NCBI GenBank assembly: GCA_943788985.1
Contig: CALSSJ010000023.1
Coordinates: forward strand, 64,001-128,000
Direction: 5' to 3'
Length of the DNA stretch: 64,000 nucleotides
Source of the DNA: an uncultured Lentisphaerales bacterium
GTDB taxonomy: Bacteria; Verrucomicrobiota; Lentisphaeria; JABSQK01; UBA12247
Of the stretch, positions 10,048 through 22,400 are shown one piece after another. Made by a program: the position numbers and the translations under genes. A model generated the notes under the pieces. That model did not search any database, was not told the DNA's origin, and worked only from the letters and a program-made list of their open reading frames with translations. The first letter of the stretch is position 1. Each line of letters opens with the position of its first letter.

Positions 10048-10818
10048 TCAGATCTGCCCGCGAAGTTTCGCCCAGACCAGGCCGAGGTACTCGTGCATTG
10101 CGGTGTTCGCACGCTGGAAGCCGCGGGGGCTTGGAAAGAAATAGCCCGGACTAAGACTGAATCTCTGCCCGGTAAGAAAGTTTGCCGGCGAGGCAATAGG
10201 TGCGAGGCCCTGCTTCCGGAACAAGCACATCGCTCGAACCATGTGCGAAGCACTCGTCACCAACACGAACGGCTCCGTGCCAAGGTGTTCCGTGAGATTA
10301 ACGGCTTCCTCGTAGGTAATCTTCGAGCGCCCGTCCACAATGATCCGGCTCTCCTCGACACCAAGATCCAGCGCTGCTTCCGCCAGAATCTCCGCATTCG
10401 GGGTAATTCCGAATACTGCGCCTCCGGATACAATCAGCTTTGCATCCGGTAGTCGCCGTAATTGTCGAATCCCCTCAACCAGTCGTGCCAAGGTCACAGG
10501 GTTCAACTTTGAGGTCGCGGCGAGACGCGAATCCATCTTGTGTGCGCCACCCAGCACCACGACGAACCTGCAATCCCCCTCCACCGGCTGAGTCAACGGC
10601 GGATGTTGCCACTCCAATACTTGCAACATCCAGCCAGCTACAGGGCCTATACTCAGCAGCACGGTCAGCACACAAGCAACCGTGACAAGCCAACGGCCAA
10701 GCCGCCTGGTCCGCTTCCTCCATAGCAGGATCGTACCGACGACCAAAAGAAGGACCACTGCCGACAGCGGATACAGCAAATGTCCCGCAATCTTCTTGAT
10801 GACAAATGCCCAGCCCAT
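10048..10818 (-). CDS. elyC: YdcF/ElyC (DUF218) family envelope protein
   Basis: Two N-terminal TM helices, VVVLGG, ARLVEGI, SGG, TYEEA, LVTSASHMVRA, HEYLG. Confidence 0.82.
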   Translation of the reverse strand: MGWAFVIKKIAGHLLYPLSAVVLLLVVGTILLWRKRTRRLGRWLVTVACVLTVLLSIGPVAGWMLQVLEWQHPPLTQPVEGDCRFVVVLGGAHKMDSRLAATSKLNPVTLARLVEGIRQLRRLPDAKLIVSGGAVFGITPNAEILAEAALDLGVEESRIIVDGRSKITYEEAVNLTEHLGTEPFVLVTSASHMVRAMCLFRKQGLAPIASPANFLTGQRFSLSPGYFFPSPRGFQRANTAMHEYLGLVWAKLRGQI

Positions 10819-10824
10819 TAGGCC

Positions 10825-11997
10825 TCAGCTCCCGGTTCCAGACAAGCCTTCAATTGAGGCCAGCGCATTGGCTGTCCAAGTATGATGCGCAAGACAATCA
10901 CTGCGGGCCTGTACACCAGTCCTGGCACGTAGACCCGGGTCTGCGAGATAGCGCAGCAACGCCTTCTCCAGGCCGTTTTCATCCTCTTGGTCAAAGAGCA
11001 CTGCATTCTCCCCATCTCGCAGCACCATCTCGATCGGCTCAGTTGCGGGCGCTACCACCGCTCGCTCGAGGGCCATATACTCGAATAGCTTCAGCGGCGA
11101 CCGATAGGCGTTGCTCTGGGGAATAGTCGCAATGTCCATAGCGCAGACATACTCGGCAATCTCCGCCCGAGTCACCGCCCCCGCAAATACTAAATGGTCT
11201 CGCACACCGACCTCCGCCGCTTGCGCCTCTAGCTCTTCCTGAAGAGTCCCATCTCCAACCATCAGCAGCTTCGCGTCGTAGCCCTGGTCCCGCACCCGAG
11301 CCAAACCAGAAACGAGGCCCGGAAGGTTATGCCAGTGTACCAGCCATCCCACAAAACCAATCACCACTGACGACCCTAGGCTGAATTTCTCACGTACCCG
11401 TTGGCCACCTCCAACCTCGGAAAACGCCACTTCATCAATCGCATTGGGAAGCACAATCACCTTTCCTTCCTCGATACCAAGTTCCACGATGCGGCGCTTC
11501 AGGTGTGGAGAGACAACCACAACTCGATCAGCACGGCCAAGCAAGAACCGATCAGACCACAACGCAACAGGCTTCAACAATGGCTGCTTCCGAATTCGTT
11601 CGTCACAGACCAACTCATTCACCTCCACCACCAAAGGAATCTTGAAGCGGCGTGCCAGCAATGCCGTAGAAAACAAGAAGAACGCATGCCGCTCGTAGAT
11701 CAGATCGTACTTCTCAGCCTCAAGCAGACCACGATTGCGCCACCAAGCTGCGAGATTGTAGCCAACCTCCATGAATTCAAAGAGAAATCCCGGTGCGCGG
11801 GCCGCGAGCCGACTCAACAGGCCTCCGCCTTCCTTTCCACTAAATGGTGTGCTGCCTTGACTCTCGCGTGGGTCCACCCCCGTTGGGCTCGATAACTCAA
11901 TCTCGTAGCCAAGCTTCACGAGCGCATTCGCGATCCCCGCAATATGCACACCCTCACCACCCGTCCCACGGGTCCGAAAATGGTACAAGACCTTCAC
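10825..11997 (-). CDS. Glycosyltransferase family 4
   Basis: GT-B fold features: GGEGVH, DLIYERH, VLPNAID, GFVGW, SPLKLFEYMA, HTW. Confidence 0.88.
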   Translation of the reverse strand: MKVLYHFRTRGTGGEGVHIAGIANALVKLGYEIELSSPTGVDPRESQGSTPFSGKEGGGLLSRLAARAPGFLFEFMEVGYNLAAWWRNRGLLEAEKYDLIYERHAFFLFSTALLARRFKIPLVVEVNELVCDERIRKQPLLKPVALWSDRFLLGRADRVVVVSPHLKRRIVELGIEEGKVIVLPNAIDEVAFSEVGGGQRVREKFSLGSSVVIGFVGWLVHWHNLPGLVSGLARVRDQGYDAKLLMVGDGTLQEELEAQAAEVGVRDHLVFAGAVTRAEIAEYVCAMDIATIPQSNAYRSPLKLFEYMALERAVVAPATEPIEMVLRDGENAVLFDQEDENGLEKALLRYLADPGLRARTGVQARSDCLAHHTWTANALASIEGLSGTGS

Positions 11998-12021
11998 GAA
12001 GTCAGCGTGCTCAGCATACCG

Positions 12022-12453
12022 TCACGCCTCCGCTGGCCCATCCTCGAGCCCTCCCACTAATTCCACGTGCTCTCGCGCCTCTGTCCATGCCGCAAGGCGA
12101 GCGTCGCAGGTCAGAATTGTGGCACCACAGACCCGTGCCGTCGCCACAATCCAAATGTCGTTGTCACCCAACTCTGGATACAATGCAGCAAGATGTCCGA
12201 ACTCATGAAGTACATCAGCACTCAAATCCACGACAACAAAACTCTTCGAAGCCTTCAGAAGCCAGTTATCGTCCCGATGACGCCACCCCGCTGCAGTTGC
12301 GTATGCCAATGCCTCTCCAAGAGAAACCGTACTTACCAATGGGCGAGAAGGACTGGTAGCGAGTCCGTAGCGCACATCCAACTCGCGCGCCGCATCCCGC
12401 TGTCGCAGCAGCAGTAAAAACACGTCAGTGTCCATGAGCAGGGGACCGTTCAT
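12022..12453 (-). CDS. PIN-domain (VapC-like) ribonuclease
   Basis: 143 aa with acidic PIN motifs LMDTDVF, SLGE, GDNDIWIVATA, ILTCD. Confidence 0.8.
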   Translation of the reverse strand: MNGPLLMDTDVFLLLLRQRDAARELDVRYGLATSPSRPLVSTVSLGEALAYATAAGWRHRDDNWLLKASKSFVVVDLSADVLHEFGHLAALYPELGDNDIWIVATARVCGATILTCDARLAAWTEAREHVELVGGLEDGPAEA

Positions 12454-13385
12454 ACTCCCCCCAACCTTCGGATGCCGGCAAGAATCTCCTCGTCCCCTTC
12501 CACGCCGGGCCAGCCTGCCAGATCGACCGACGGCTCCAAACGGAGAGCCTGAGTATGCATAGTCTTCCTTCCAGCGTGCGCCTGCGGCACCACGCTGAAG
12601 AACTGCTCGCTCTCCTCAGCCTTCCTCATCAACTTCGCTTCGACACGAAGCAATGCACCAGAGGGCCGGAAGATTGCCGTTCCCTCAATTACAATACGCC
12701 CTCCCCAAAGCTTCCCCAGCTGAGTACGATCGGCTGGCAACCAAAGACCGTGTAGCCGCTCCCCGCCATGCAAGGTCATGATGAAACTTGCATCGCTGGA
12801 TCGGATGGTATCCAAAGATCCCATTACACGACTCGCAACCGGAGGAGGGGTTTCCTTCGACAACTCAGCTGCCTGCTTCAGCACGTCAGCGTTCACCGTT
12901 AACGCCTCACGTCCCTGCAATCGCCCACCTGAGATAGTGACAGCCTCAACACCGTAGCGCGAAAAGCGGCGCAATGACGCAACGCGGCGCAGAAGCTGTG
13001 CGTCGAACCGTCTGCTATCTACCAAACGCGCGGCTACATCACGCATTACCGAAGCCAGCACTTCGAAGCCGGTCTCCTCGGGATCGGGCGGTGTCCAGAA
13101 CAGGGTGGGTTGCCGATAGTAAGATGCTGCAGTTTCGCCAAATGCCTCGGTTGCAAACGACAGCTCAGCATTGCCTGCCTGCACGTCCGCTCCAACAAAA
13201 CGAATAGCAGCTGCAGCCTGCAACCAATCAGGACTACCTTTGAGGCTGCTCCGAAGTTGAAATGCCATCGCGACTGAGCCAGCGATGCTGGACTCGGCCC
13301 AGCGAATCACCTCAGCAATTCCGCCCGGCGAAACAACTTCCCCTTCGGCGGCCTGAATTGAAAAGACGTAATGGGATGTAGCCAT
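12450..13385 (-). CDS. Uncharacterised protein translationally coupled to the PIN gene
   Basis: 311-aa ORF with ATGA overlap into the PIN start; globular-looking sequence, acidic tail WPGVEGDEEIL. Confidence 0.7.
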   Translation of the reverse strand: MATSHYVFSIQAAEGEVVSPGGIAEVIRWAESSIAGSVAMAFQLRSSLKGSPDWLQAAAAIRFVGADVQAGNAELSFATEAFGETAASYYRQPTLFWTPPDPEETGFEVLASVMRDVAARLVDSRRFDAQLLRRVASLRRFSRYGVEAVTISGGRLQGREALTVNADVLKQAAELSKETPPPVASRVMGSLDTIRSSDASFIMTLHGGERLHGLWLPADRTQLGKLWGGRIVIEGTAIFRPSGALLRVEAKLMRKAEESEQFFSVVPQAHAGRKTMHTQALRLEPSVDLAGWPGVEGDEEILAGIRRLGGV

Positions 13386-13390
13386 AACAG

Positions 13391-13418
13391 AAAAAGCCCG
13401 CCACGCAATGTGGCGGGC
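13391..13418 (-). terminator. Rho-independent terminator after the giant surface protein gene
   Basis: Stem GCCCGCCAC / GTGGCGGGC (13396-13418) with a 5-nt loop, followed by TTTTT on the minus strand; a TTTT run on plus suggests it may be bidirectional. Confidence 0.8.
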
Positions 13419-13443
13419 CCTTTTCAGGTTCCTGAGCTCAGGA

Positions 13444-16400
13444 TTACCAAGTCAGTGAGGAAGGCTCGTCCACGAAGATCCAGTAGCCAATTCCTGGTTC
13501 CAAGGTCGCTACTGTCACGTAGTCGTCGCCGACCTGCTTCCTCGCGATCGCACCAGCCGGTACGCTTACCGGAGCACCGACGCCAACCACATTCCAGCCC
13601 GTGGTCAGCGCCACGGATCCGGATGCGGCGGCTGTACCAACGACCAACAAGCTCGTCTCCGCGCCCGGGTTAAAAACCCAGTAGCCAGCGCCCACCTCAA
13701 TGCTCGAAGCAGCAACCTGCTCGCCATTGAGATAGGTGCGTACACTGTCCGCAAGATCACCGAATACGGCAGCCGGACTGACGTCACTTGGCGCGACCGG
13801 TGTGCTCACCAAGTTCCAACCACTTGCGAGCTCGATCGTCGCCTGGGCAGCAACGGCCTCGCTTCCGCCAGCGGAGCGAGCAGTACCAGTCAGCACCGGA
13901 CTTGGCTGATCTGCGGGAAAACTCAACCCGGTACCAACGGCGCGAATCGGTCGAGGCCCATCTGCATTCGGCGTGATGGTGCTGTAGCCGACGCGCATTC
14001 CGGTGGAACGGACGTTAACCACCGAAATCGTGAACAAAGAGTCGTTCGTCCACGTTCCAGTCATGTCAGCGTCCAACCCATCACTGAAGTCGAACAGATC
14101 GTGAATGATCGGTGCATTCCAAGTACCAACGAGCCCTGGTGGCGTGTTCGTCACTTTGTCGAAGTCGATCGTCAGGGTATCCCCATCGGTAATCGTCCCG
14201 GATCCGTCGCCAGTACTGCCAAACGCCGTGATAACAGGCTTGGGCGCGGCGGCTGGGATGTTGGCAACCGCATCCTGCAGGGTACCTACCAGGATACTAC
14301 CACGAACACGCAGGGGATAGCCAATGCCTGTCGGTGGTGTGTAGCTGTGGAGTGGAGCCCCACCGTTCTTAGACACGCTGTATGTCCCACCAGTCAGCGA
14401 GACCGTGATATCATCGCCTTCCGCATAGGTGCCAATGTGGCGTGTGTAGCGCCCTGGTGGTGTGTGGTAGGTGTGTAGAGAGCCGCTCCCCTCAAGGGTG
14501 ACACCAAACTCGAGCGTGTTCACATCATGGTATGGCCCGATAACCAAGTCCGTCTGCGAGGTGAAGCCAATGGCCCTAATCTCGTCGGTCCCGGTAGCAG
14601 TGATCGTGATGTCGGCGTCTCCAGCGACCAACAGCGTACTACTGTGGGCACCAGCCTTCCAGAGACCGTCACCAAGTGCGAAGCCAGTACGGGCAATAGT
14701 ATTCTCCGTCGCAGTCACATCCTTCTGAGCAATCCAAACAACCTTATTGACCACACCGAAGTCGCCAACCATCAGCGGTGATGGTGCGTCAGCAGCACCA
14801 AGGGCCGGGCCAACCGCATCCAAGATCGGTGTCGTTCCAGTCGGCTTCACACGGAGCTGCCCAACTTGAATCCCTGCAGCATTCGTCACATCCGATACGA
14901 TGATCTGGAAGGTTTTGTGGTCGAGCCAGCGACCGTTGTAGGCCGTGCCCAAACTGACGATGCCGCCGTTGAAGGGGTTTTCAAAGGTGAACAAGGCGTC
15001 AACTCCAGCCTGGCCAACGTCGCTGCCATCATGGCCGCCACGGTCGGTATCCTGAGCAAACTTAATCAGCAGGAAGTCGCCACTGTTCCAAGCCGCAACG
15101 TCATCGTCGAAATCACCCGCTTCCAAGGACTGGAGGATCGGACGGTTGGTCCAGCTGACCCGTGGGTCATAAAGCGTGGATCCCGGCGTTCCGATGTTGG
15201 CGCAAGCGCTGACTGGATAGTCAGCATCCACAAGAACACGGCTTGAGGTGTAGACCCGAACGCTATTCACTGTCACATAACGCTGGGTGCCTGCATACTC
15301 GACCCGAACGACGTCATCCTCCGCCAAGGTTGCCACGTGCGGCCGGACCGTCTGACCGTTGTCAATCACAGCCAGACTGCCGGTCGCAGCCAGCACATGT
15401 GCCGCTAGATCATAGGCCTGCAGACTTACGTCGCCTGTTGCTTCGACATCAGCAGTTCTGATGGTCTTTACGAAGCCGAATGCCAAGGCAGCGTTCGGAT
15501 CGTCGATCGTGAACTGTACGAACCCGTCCCCGGCCCGTAAGCGAGGAGCTAGAGCAACCTAGGCCACCCCAGATTGATGCGCCCGCATTGCCAACCAGAT
15601 TGTTATCGCCGTCGATAGTCGCGTCTAGTACTCCAAACCACGGTATCGGATAGCCGTTATCATCCGAGGCAAACAGCCCCTGCAGAGTCGCGAATCCGTT
15701 CGCCGCTGGGCTGAAGTTTGTGGGGATCTCTTGAGTGATAGGCAGTGTGCCCGCAGCAGTCACTGTCGTCACACCAGACTCAAGTGTCGACCCAAGCTCA
15801 TCAGAAACCGAGATCACGTAGGTCAAGTTGTCTGCCCAGCCCCCCGTGTAGGCAGCGCCCAAGGCTGCGTCGAAGGTCCAAATCTGATTGATCACCGTGG
15901 CATTATGAGGGGCAGCACCACCGGGCTGGCTGCCAGCAACACTCAAAGTAAGAGTCAACAGGAAGTCAAAACCACCACCTACGTCGGTCTGCACGAAGCT
16001 TACCAATTCTGGTGGCGCAGAGATGATTGCGTTGTTGATCGCCTGACTGTTGGTTTCGTTCATGTATGCATTTGCGTAGAACGGAAGATCACGATCCACA
16101 TTCACCGCTGGGCGCTGACTAGTGTAGCGCACGACGCCGTTCACCAAGTACTGAATCGATTGCGTGCGAGTTAGCGCTACCCGAATGGTGTCCCCTTCGG
16201 CCCACGACCCAAACGTCCCAACCTTGCCGAGATTTTCCCAGACCTGGAACAGTCCAGACCCTGCAAGCTGTGCGCCGAACAAAATATTCGTAGGCTCAGC
16301 ACTTGTGTCATCTGCACTGAAGCCAAAGATCGTGTTTCCACCAAGTGTGCCAGCAGTAAACTCAATGTAGGAATCCGAACGAGTGCCTCGAGCGATGCAT

Positions 16401-19400
16401 TGCGCTGACACAGCGCCAGTTGGGCCGTTGAGATTTGAGGAACGCGTCAGGGTGTTGTCAGTGGCCAAGCCATTCACAACATTGTTCCACTGAATTTCTT
16501 CACCAGCATTCCGGAACTCACCGTAATCACCAGTGGTGACCGGACTTGCTGTCACCCAAGCCTCAAGTGCCGTGAAGCCGAATGGTGCGATGAATGTTGT
16601 GCCCGGATGGATCTGCACATCACCGATCGATGGTGTGCTTCCGCCTTGTGTGTTCAGCACGCTCATCACAAACACGCTGTTCGAAGTCCATGTACCGGAC
16701 AGGTCATTACCGTAGCTCGCTGTAGCACCGACTGACGTCCGAAAGACGAACAAGCTATTCACTGTCGCGTTGTCCAAATCAGCTCCGGCCCCAGTTGTCG
16801 CCTGGTCGAAGGTGATCGTCAGCGTATCCCCCACACTTAGCAGATTGGCGCTCGGGTCAGCATCATCGACGTCATCCCACACGGCGCTTACAACAGTCGG
16901 TGCGATTGCCAGTGCGGGATCACCCATCCGAACTTCAGTAAGCGATCCATTCGCAGTGAAGATTCGAGCGAAGACTTCCAGCGGGTACCGACGGCTGTCA
17001 AAATCGGCCGTGTGGCGTGTCTCATCATTGACCTGATACAAGACACTCGAGCCAACAATCCGCACCCGCACGATGTCGCCCAGACGCACAGTGCCGAATG
17101 TTCCTGGACTCTCGCCGCGAACTCGGGGTACGAACAAATTGTGCTGACCGGAGAAGTCAAGACTGTAGTCAAGCGCGGGATCACCGATCTCTCTCCAGCC
17201 CAACTGGAACGTAGTTCCCAAGTCCGTAATGCGGATTTCGACGAACGTGTCTCCTTCCAGAACTACTTGGGTGCTGTCAGCGAACGCATCATAAAGATCG
17301 AGCGCGCTGGTCTTGTTCAGAGTCCCGCTGCCGCCATCGGTGGTGTTGACGGAATTCTCCCATGTCACTGCAATGCCAGCTTCGCGGAACTGGCCGAAGT
17401 CGCCGGTTAGCGCCACTGTGCCGTAGTCAACCGTTGCATATCCGCTGGTTGCGGCAGCGTTGGTAATCTGAGTTTCACCAGCAATGCCGAATAGGGTGGT
17501 GTCCAATACCAAGTTGTGCCCTGTCGAGTCCGTCAAGGTTATGACGAAATTCGACGCATCGGTCCATGAACCGTCGTAATCCGCACCCAGCACATTGGCA
17601 GCACGGGAGCTTGCCGTTGAGGAGGTGAAGAGCGCATCGATTGCTGCTTTGTCCTGATCCACCCCAACACCGCCAGGCGCGTTGCTTGCCTCACTAAGGG
17701 TAAGGGTGATCGTGTCTACTCCGTCCACTGACCCGTTTGCGTTGTCAGCATCGTTAGCGATTGCAGACACCAGCGTTGGAGGAGCCACCAGGGTATCATC
17801 TCCGATGTAGCGCACATTTGACAGCGTGCCGTTCTGGATCGATGTACCGATGTACAGCGGCCGTAAGGTTACAGGCAGTGCCAGCGTAGAAGTAAACACT
17901 ACGGTGTTGTTCTTCAAGTAGCTGACTGTAGTTCCAGACAGCTGGATACAGAACACGTCGCCTGCAACGTACGTTCCTAGTGATGGGCCAGTCGAGGTAC
18001 TGAGCACGGGGATCTCCGGCGCGGTCCGCTCACGGACCCAAACCTGCTCCTGTCCGAGCCCAAAGGCATACATCAGATCGTCGGGATGCTCGACATCAGA
18101 ATCGTTCGTAATACCAATGACCGCGCCTGCGAGGGTGTCTTCAGTACGTCCGTTTGGCTCGAAGTCGTCTTCGATGGTAAAAGTGACCGTCAGGTCGCCG
18201 TAGGCGAAGGACTGTGTCGATGTGGCGCCAGATAAAATGCTTGGCACGACATTAGCAGCTGTGATATCTGCCCCGCTGGCCGTCATCTGATGGAGATTCG
18301 TCCAAGTGACTGGCGTGGACCCCAATTTGGTCGTGCCGAAGCGGCCGGTCAACACTGGGCTCCGCTCGTCCGAGGCAGCACTTGCAGCAGTCGCATCCTG
18401 TATTGCGGTGCCGCCTAAATTCGGTACCACAGTCGTGACGCCGATCCTAATGTTCGACAAACCACCCGTATCAGTTACGGTTGCACAGTAGGTCGTTGCG
18501 TTGGCCCACGCACCACTCAGGGTACCTGGACTTTCGCTCATCGTGAACAGATCATTAAACGAAGCATTCGGTTGATTTGTCTCGATGTTGAAGCTAATCG
18601 TGAACTTATCACCAACACCGTAGACATCGTCCGCTTCAGTCGGATCTTCAATGGCCAGGCCTGTGATGTATGGGCTGGCCGGTACAGTCGGGCAGGTGAC
18701 GACATTAGAGAGCGTTGCGTTGTCCTGCAGCAGGCCGGCCTCTATCCGAAGAGGGTAGTCGTCGCGCAAAACCGGACGGCCCGATGTCGCGAAGACTGTG
18801 CCGTTCAACTTGTAGACAACAGTGGTGCCGACAATGGCCACCTCAACTTCATCGCCAGTCTGATAAGTCACAGTGCCGCCCTTGAATTCCAGAACCCCGT
18901 TGAGGAGTGTATTCAAATAGCCACCGCTGCGAATCCAGACACCATAGATAAACTCTGAGACGCGGTTGTCACGATTGTAGACGTCACCGAATCCCAAGAT
19001 GCGATCGGTGTCCGTTTCAATGATCGTCGTCCGCACAAAGCAGTCGTCACCCGCGATTTCCTGGACCGAGATAGCACCTGCAGTCCAAGCGAGGTGTCCC
19101 TCCTCGTCTACATCGCGAACCAACTCGCTACCTGCAGGATTGGTGACATCGGTTAGATCAGTCCAGACGACGTCGGCGGTGGCGCCAGATCCGGCCACCT
19201 CTACAATGATGGTAAGGAGAGAGCTATCAGTAATAGTTCCGTCACTGACGACCACGTAGACCGTATAGGTTCCTACATCGCCAGCCTGCGGTGTCCATTC
19301 GAAGGCGCCACCTGTCGTAATTGACGGTGACGTGACGCTGGGAGCCGGAGGCGCGAAAGTGCTCAGGCTAAAGGCCAAGGTGTCGGTTGGGTCGTCGCTA

Positions 19401-22400
19401 TCCGTCGCGTTTGCCGTAAACGCCAGGGATGCCCCTTCGTTCACATACTTTGTGGTGCCGATATTGGCCAAGATTGGGGCGCTGTTCACATCGCTTACGG
19501 TGATGGTAATAATCTCAGTATCGATAGCCCCTTCTGAATCAGTGACAGAAACAGTCATGTTGTATACGTTACCCCCTTGTGCTTCAGTCGGCGTCCACGA
19601 GAACGTACCAGTGCTGGAGTCGATCGTTGCGCCGGCTGCAAGTGCAGCCACATCCAGGCTGTACGACAGAGTCTGGGCTGGGAGGTCAGCGTCAGTGGCA
19701 ACGGCTACAAAAGTCAATTGAACCAGTTCGTCCACTGCTTGAGCACCGATTGGTAGGAGAACTGGATCCTCATTCACTTCAACAAAGGTCACGGTAACAG
19801 TAATCAGGGTGGATTGAGCTTCGTCATCTGTAATCAGCACACTCAGGGAGAAGTCCTGTGTGGCTTCGAAGAACGACTGGGCTGCTGCAGTGTCCAATGC
19901 GCCGGTGGCGCCAGCCATGGGCGTAAAGGCACCACTTTCGTTACCTGTTTGAATCGCAAAGCTTGCGATAGAGTTTTCGTCCGTTGCAACCACAGTGAAA
20001 TTCGCGGGGATCGCCGTTTCGAGAGCCGTGAAGGTCTGATCCACAGCAACAGGTGGCTCCAGAACATTCGTCAGATTCACCGTGATGATCGCGGTGTCCG
20101 TGAGCCCGGCCGCATCAGTCGTAAGGACGTTAAGCGTGAAGATTGGTGTGGTCTCAAAATCGAGCACGCTCGCGTCGGCGACAGACAATACGAATGTCGT
20201 CGGGTCAATTGCAAAACCACCGCTGTCGTTACCAGAAGTGATAGTGAGTACGACGTTGTCGTTGGCGTCTTCCTCTATAACAACCACCGTCCCGAGAGCA
20301 GTGCCTGCGACCTCGTTCTCATTGGAGGTAAAGGCCTGGTCGAGCACCTCTGGCGCTTCATTGATGTCATTCAAGTAGACCGTGATGGTGGCTACTGCGG
20401 ACAGCGTTCCGGTACCGTCGTCATTCACACGACTCGTTAGTGTAAAGGATGGGCTCACTTCGTAGTTGAGCGAGAGCACGTCCGCAACCTGCAGGTACGC
20501 TGTCGTGCTGGTAGCCGAGGCCAGAGTGAAGACCGCGGATACCGGGTCGAACACGAAGGTCAAAGTATCGCCTGTGTCCTGGTCAGTCGCGATGACTGTG
20601 CCGACCGTTGTTGCGTTGGCGGTGTTCTCGTCAAAGGAGAAGGACTGGCCTGCATAAACCGGTGTGTCGTTTGCGTCCAGAATACTGATGCAAACAGCTC
20701 CCTCATCCAGGTTTTCTACATAGACTGCACCAGCGTCTTCGTCGGCCGTGACGGAAAGCTCGGCATTGTTCGAGAATGGCGCCCCCACAACAAGGGTGGT
20801 TCCGTCCAGATCAATGGCAACACCGTAACGGTCGTCAGCTTCGCCGTCGGATGCGACTTCCTTGGTGTCCTGCACCCACTCTGCATCGCTTTGCTCGAAA
20901 GTGTAGACTGCACCCGCGTCGGTCGCGGTATCGTCGTCGTATGCGGCTGCTACTGCGAAGCGAGTGCCATCAATACTCACGGCACTACCGAAGCGGTCAC
21001 TGGCTTCGGCGTCACTAGCTTCAACCTTTTGCTGCTGATTCCAGGAAGTGCCTTCGCGCTCCCAGACATAGGCGCTACCAGAATCAATCCCGCCAGTGCC
21101 GTCATCAGCTGGCGCCCCAACGATCGCGAATTCACCGGACACTGCGATTGCCGATCCAGCAGCATCTGCTGTGTCGCCGTCGCTGGCCTGCAGTTTGGCC
21201 TGTTGGCTCCACGTGCCAGCATTCAGAGTAAAGATGTAACCAGCGCCTGCTCCGGAGCCAGCATCGTCTTCGCCAGAAGCACCAACTGCGATCGTCGTCC
21301 CATCAATGTCAACGCTTACGCCGAACAGATCGAGCGGGGCGAAGTCCGTTGCGTACAGAACCTGGGTTTCGCTCCAGACGCCTGCGGTCCGATCGTAAAC
21401 GACCACGCCACCGACATCTCCCACGATACCGTCCAGCTTGGGAACGCCGACCACGATCGTATCGCCGTCAATTCCCACGCTAGTGCCGAAAAAGTCGAGC
21501 TTCTCGCGAGTGCTTGCAGTAAGAATTTGCTGCTGTGTCCAGAACCCGGCAGCGTATACATAGACATAAGCGGCGCCGCGGCCGTCGTCCTGGTTCTCAG
21601 CGCCAACGACAATGGTGGTGCCATCTGCGGCAACCGATGTGCCGAAATGGTCATTGGCGGAGCGGTCGCTGGCAACCAGTTTCCCTTCCTGCTGCCAAAC
21701 TTGGTTCGTCAAGCGATAGACATAGGCGGCACCACTCTCGGGATCGACTGCAGGATTGGCTGCGTCCCGGTTGGCGCCAACCACAAGAAGGTCACCGCTG
21801 ATGGCAACAGAGGAGCCGAAGAGCTGCTCGTATAGTTCATCGCATGGGACGATGATCTGCTGATCGTAATCAACGTTCTGCCCCGCATTGTCGTCGGTCA
21901 CATTCACGTTCAGCTTCAGCTGCGGCTCGATTTCATGATCGAGCTGCGTGGGATCAAGAACCGTGATGATGCCAGTGCCTGCGGCAACGCTGAAGGCTGT
22001 AGCGCCTGAGCCGCCAGCAGTGAATAGAGTATAGTTGGAGACGCCGTCTGTCGGATCGACGTCGGTACCAACCACTGTGCCGACCACAGTCCCGGCCAGC
22101 GCATCTTCGAAGACGGTGTAGGTTTGGGTTGCTACAGTTGGTACCGTATTAATGCTCAGGGCATTCACTACGGTATTACTGTCAGTGACGGTGATAACAC
22201 CGTCGCTCATTGCGACATCGATCGTGCTTATACTGGTATTACCCACTGCCACGAAGTTTTCCGTAGGACGAAAGCTCAACACTGAAAGCAAGTTTGCGAC
22301 GGTATCTCGATTGCCACTATTGGAGACATAGAGGCCGGGGCTCACTTCCGAGAGATGCGCGAAGTTCGTCGTGATTGTCTTCGAGGTGACCGGGTCACTC

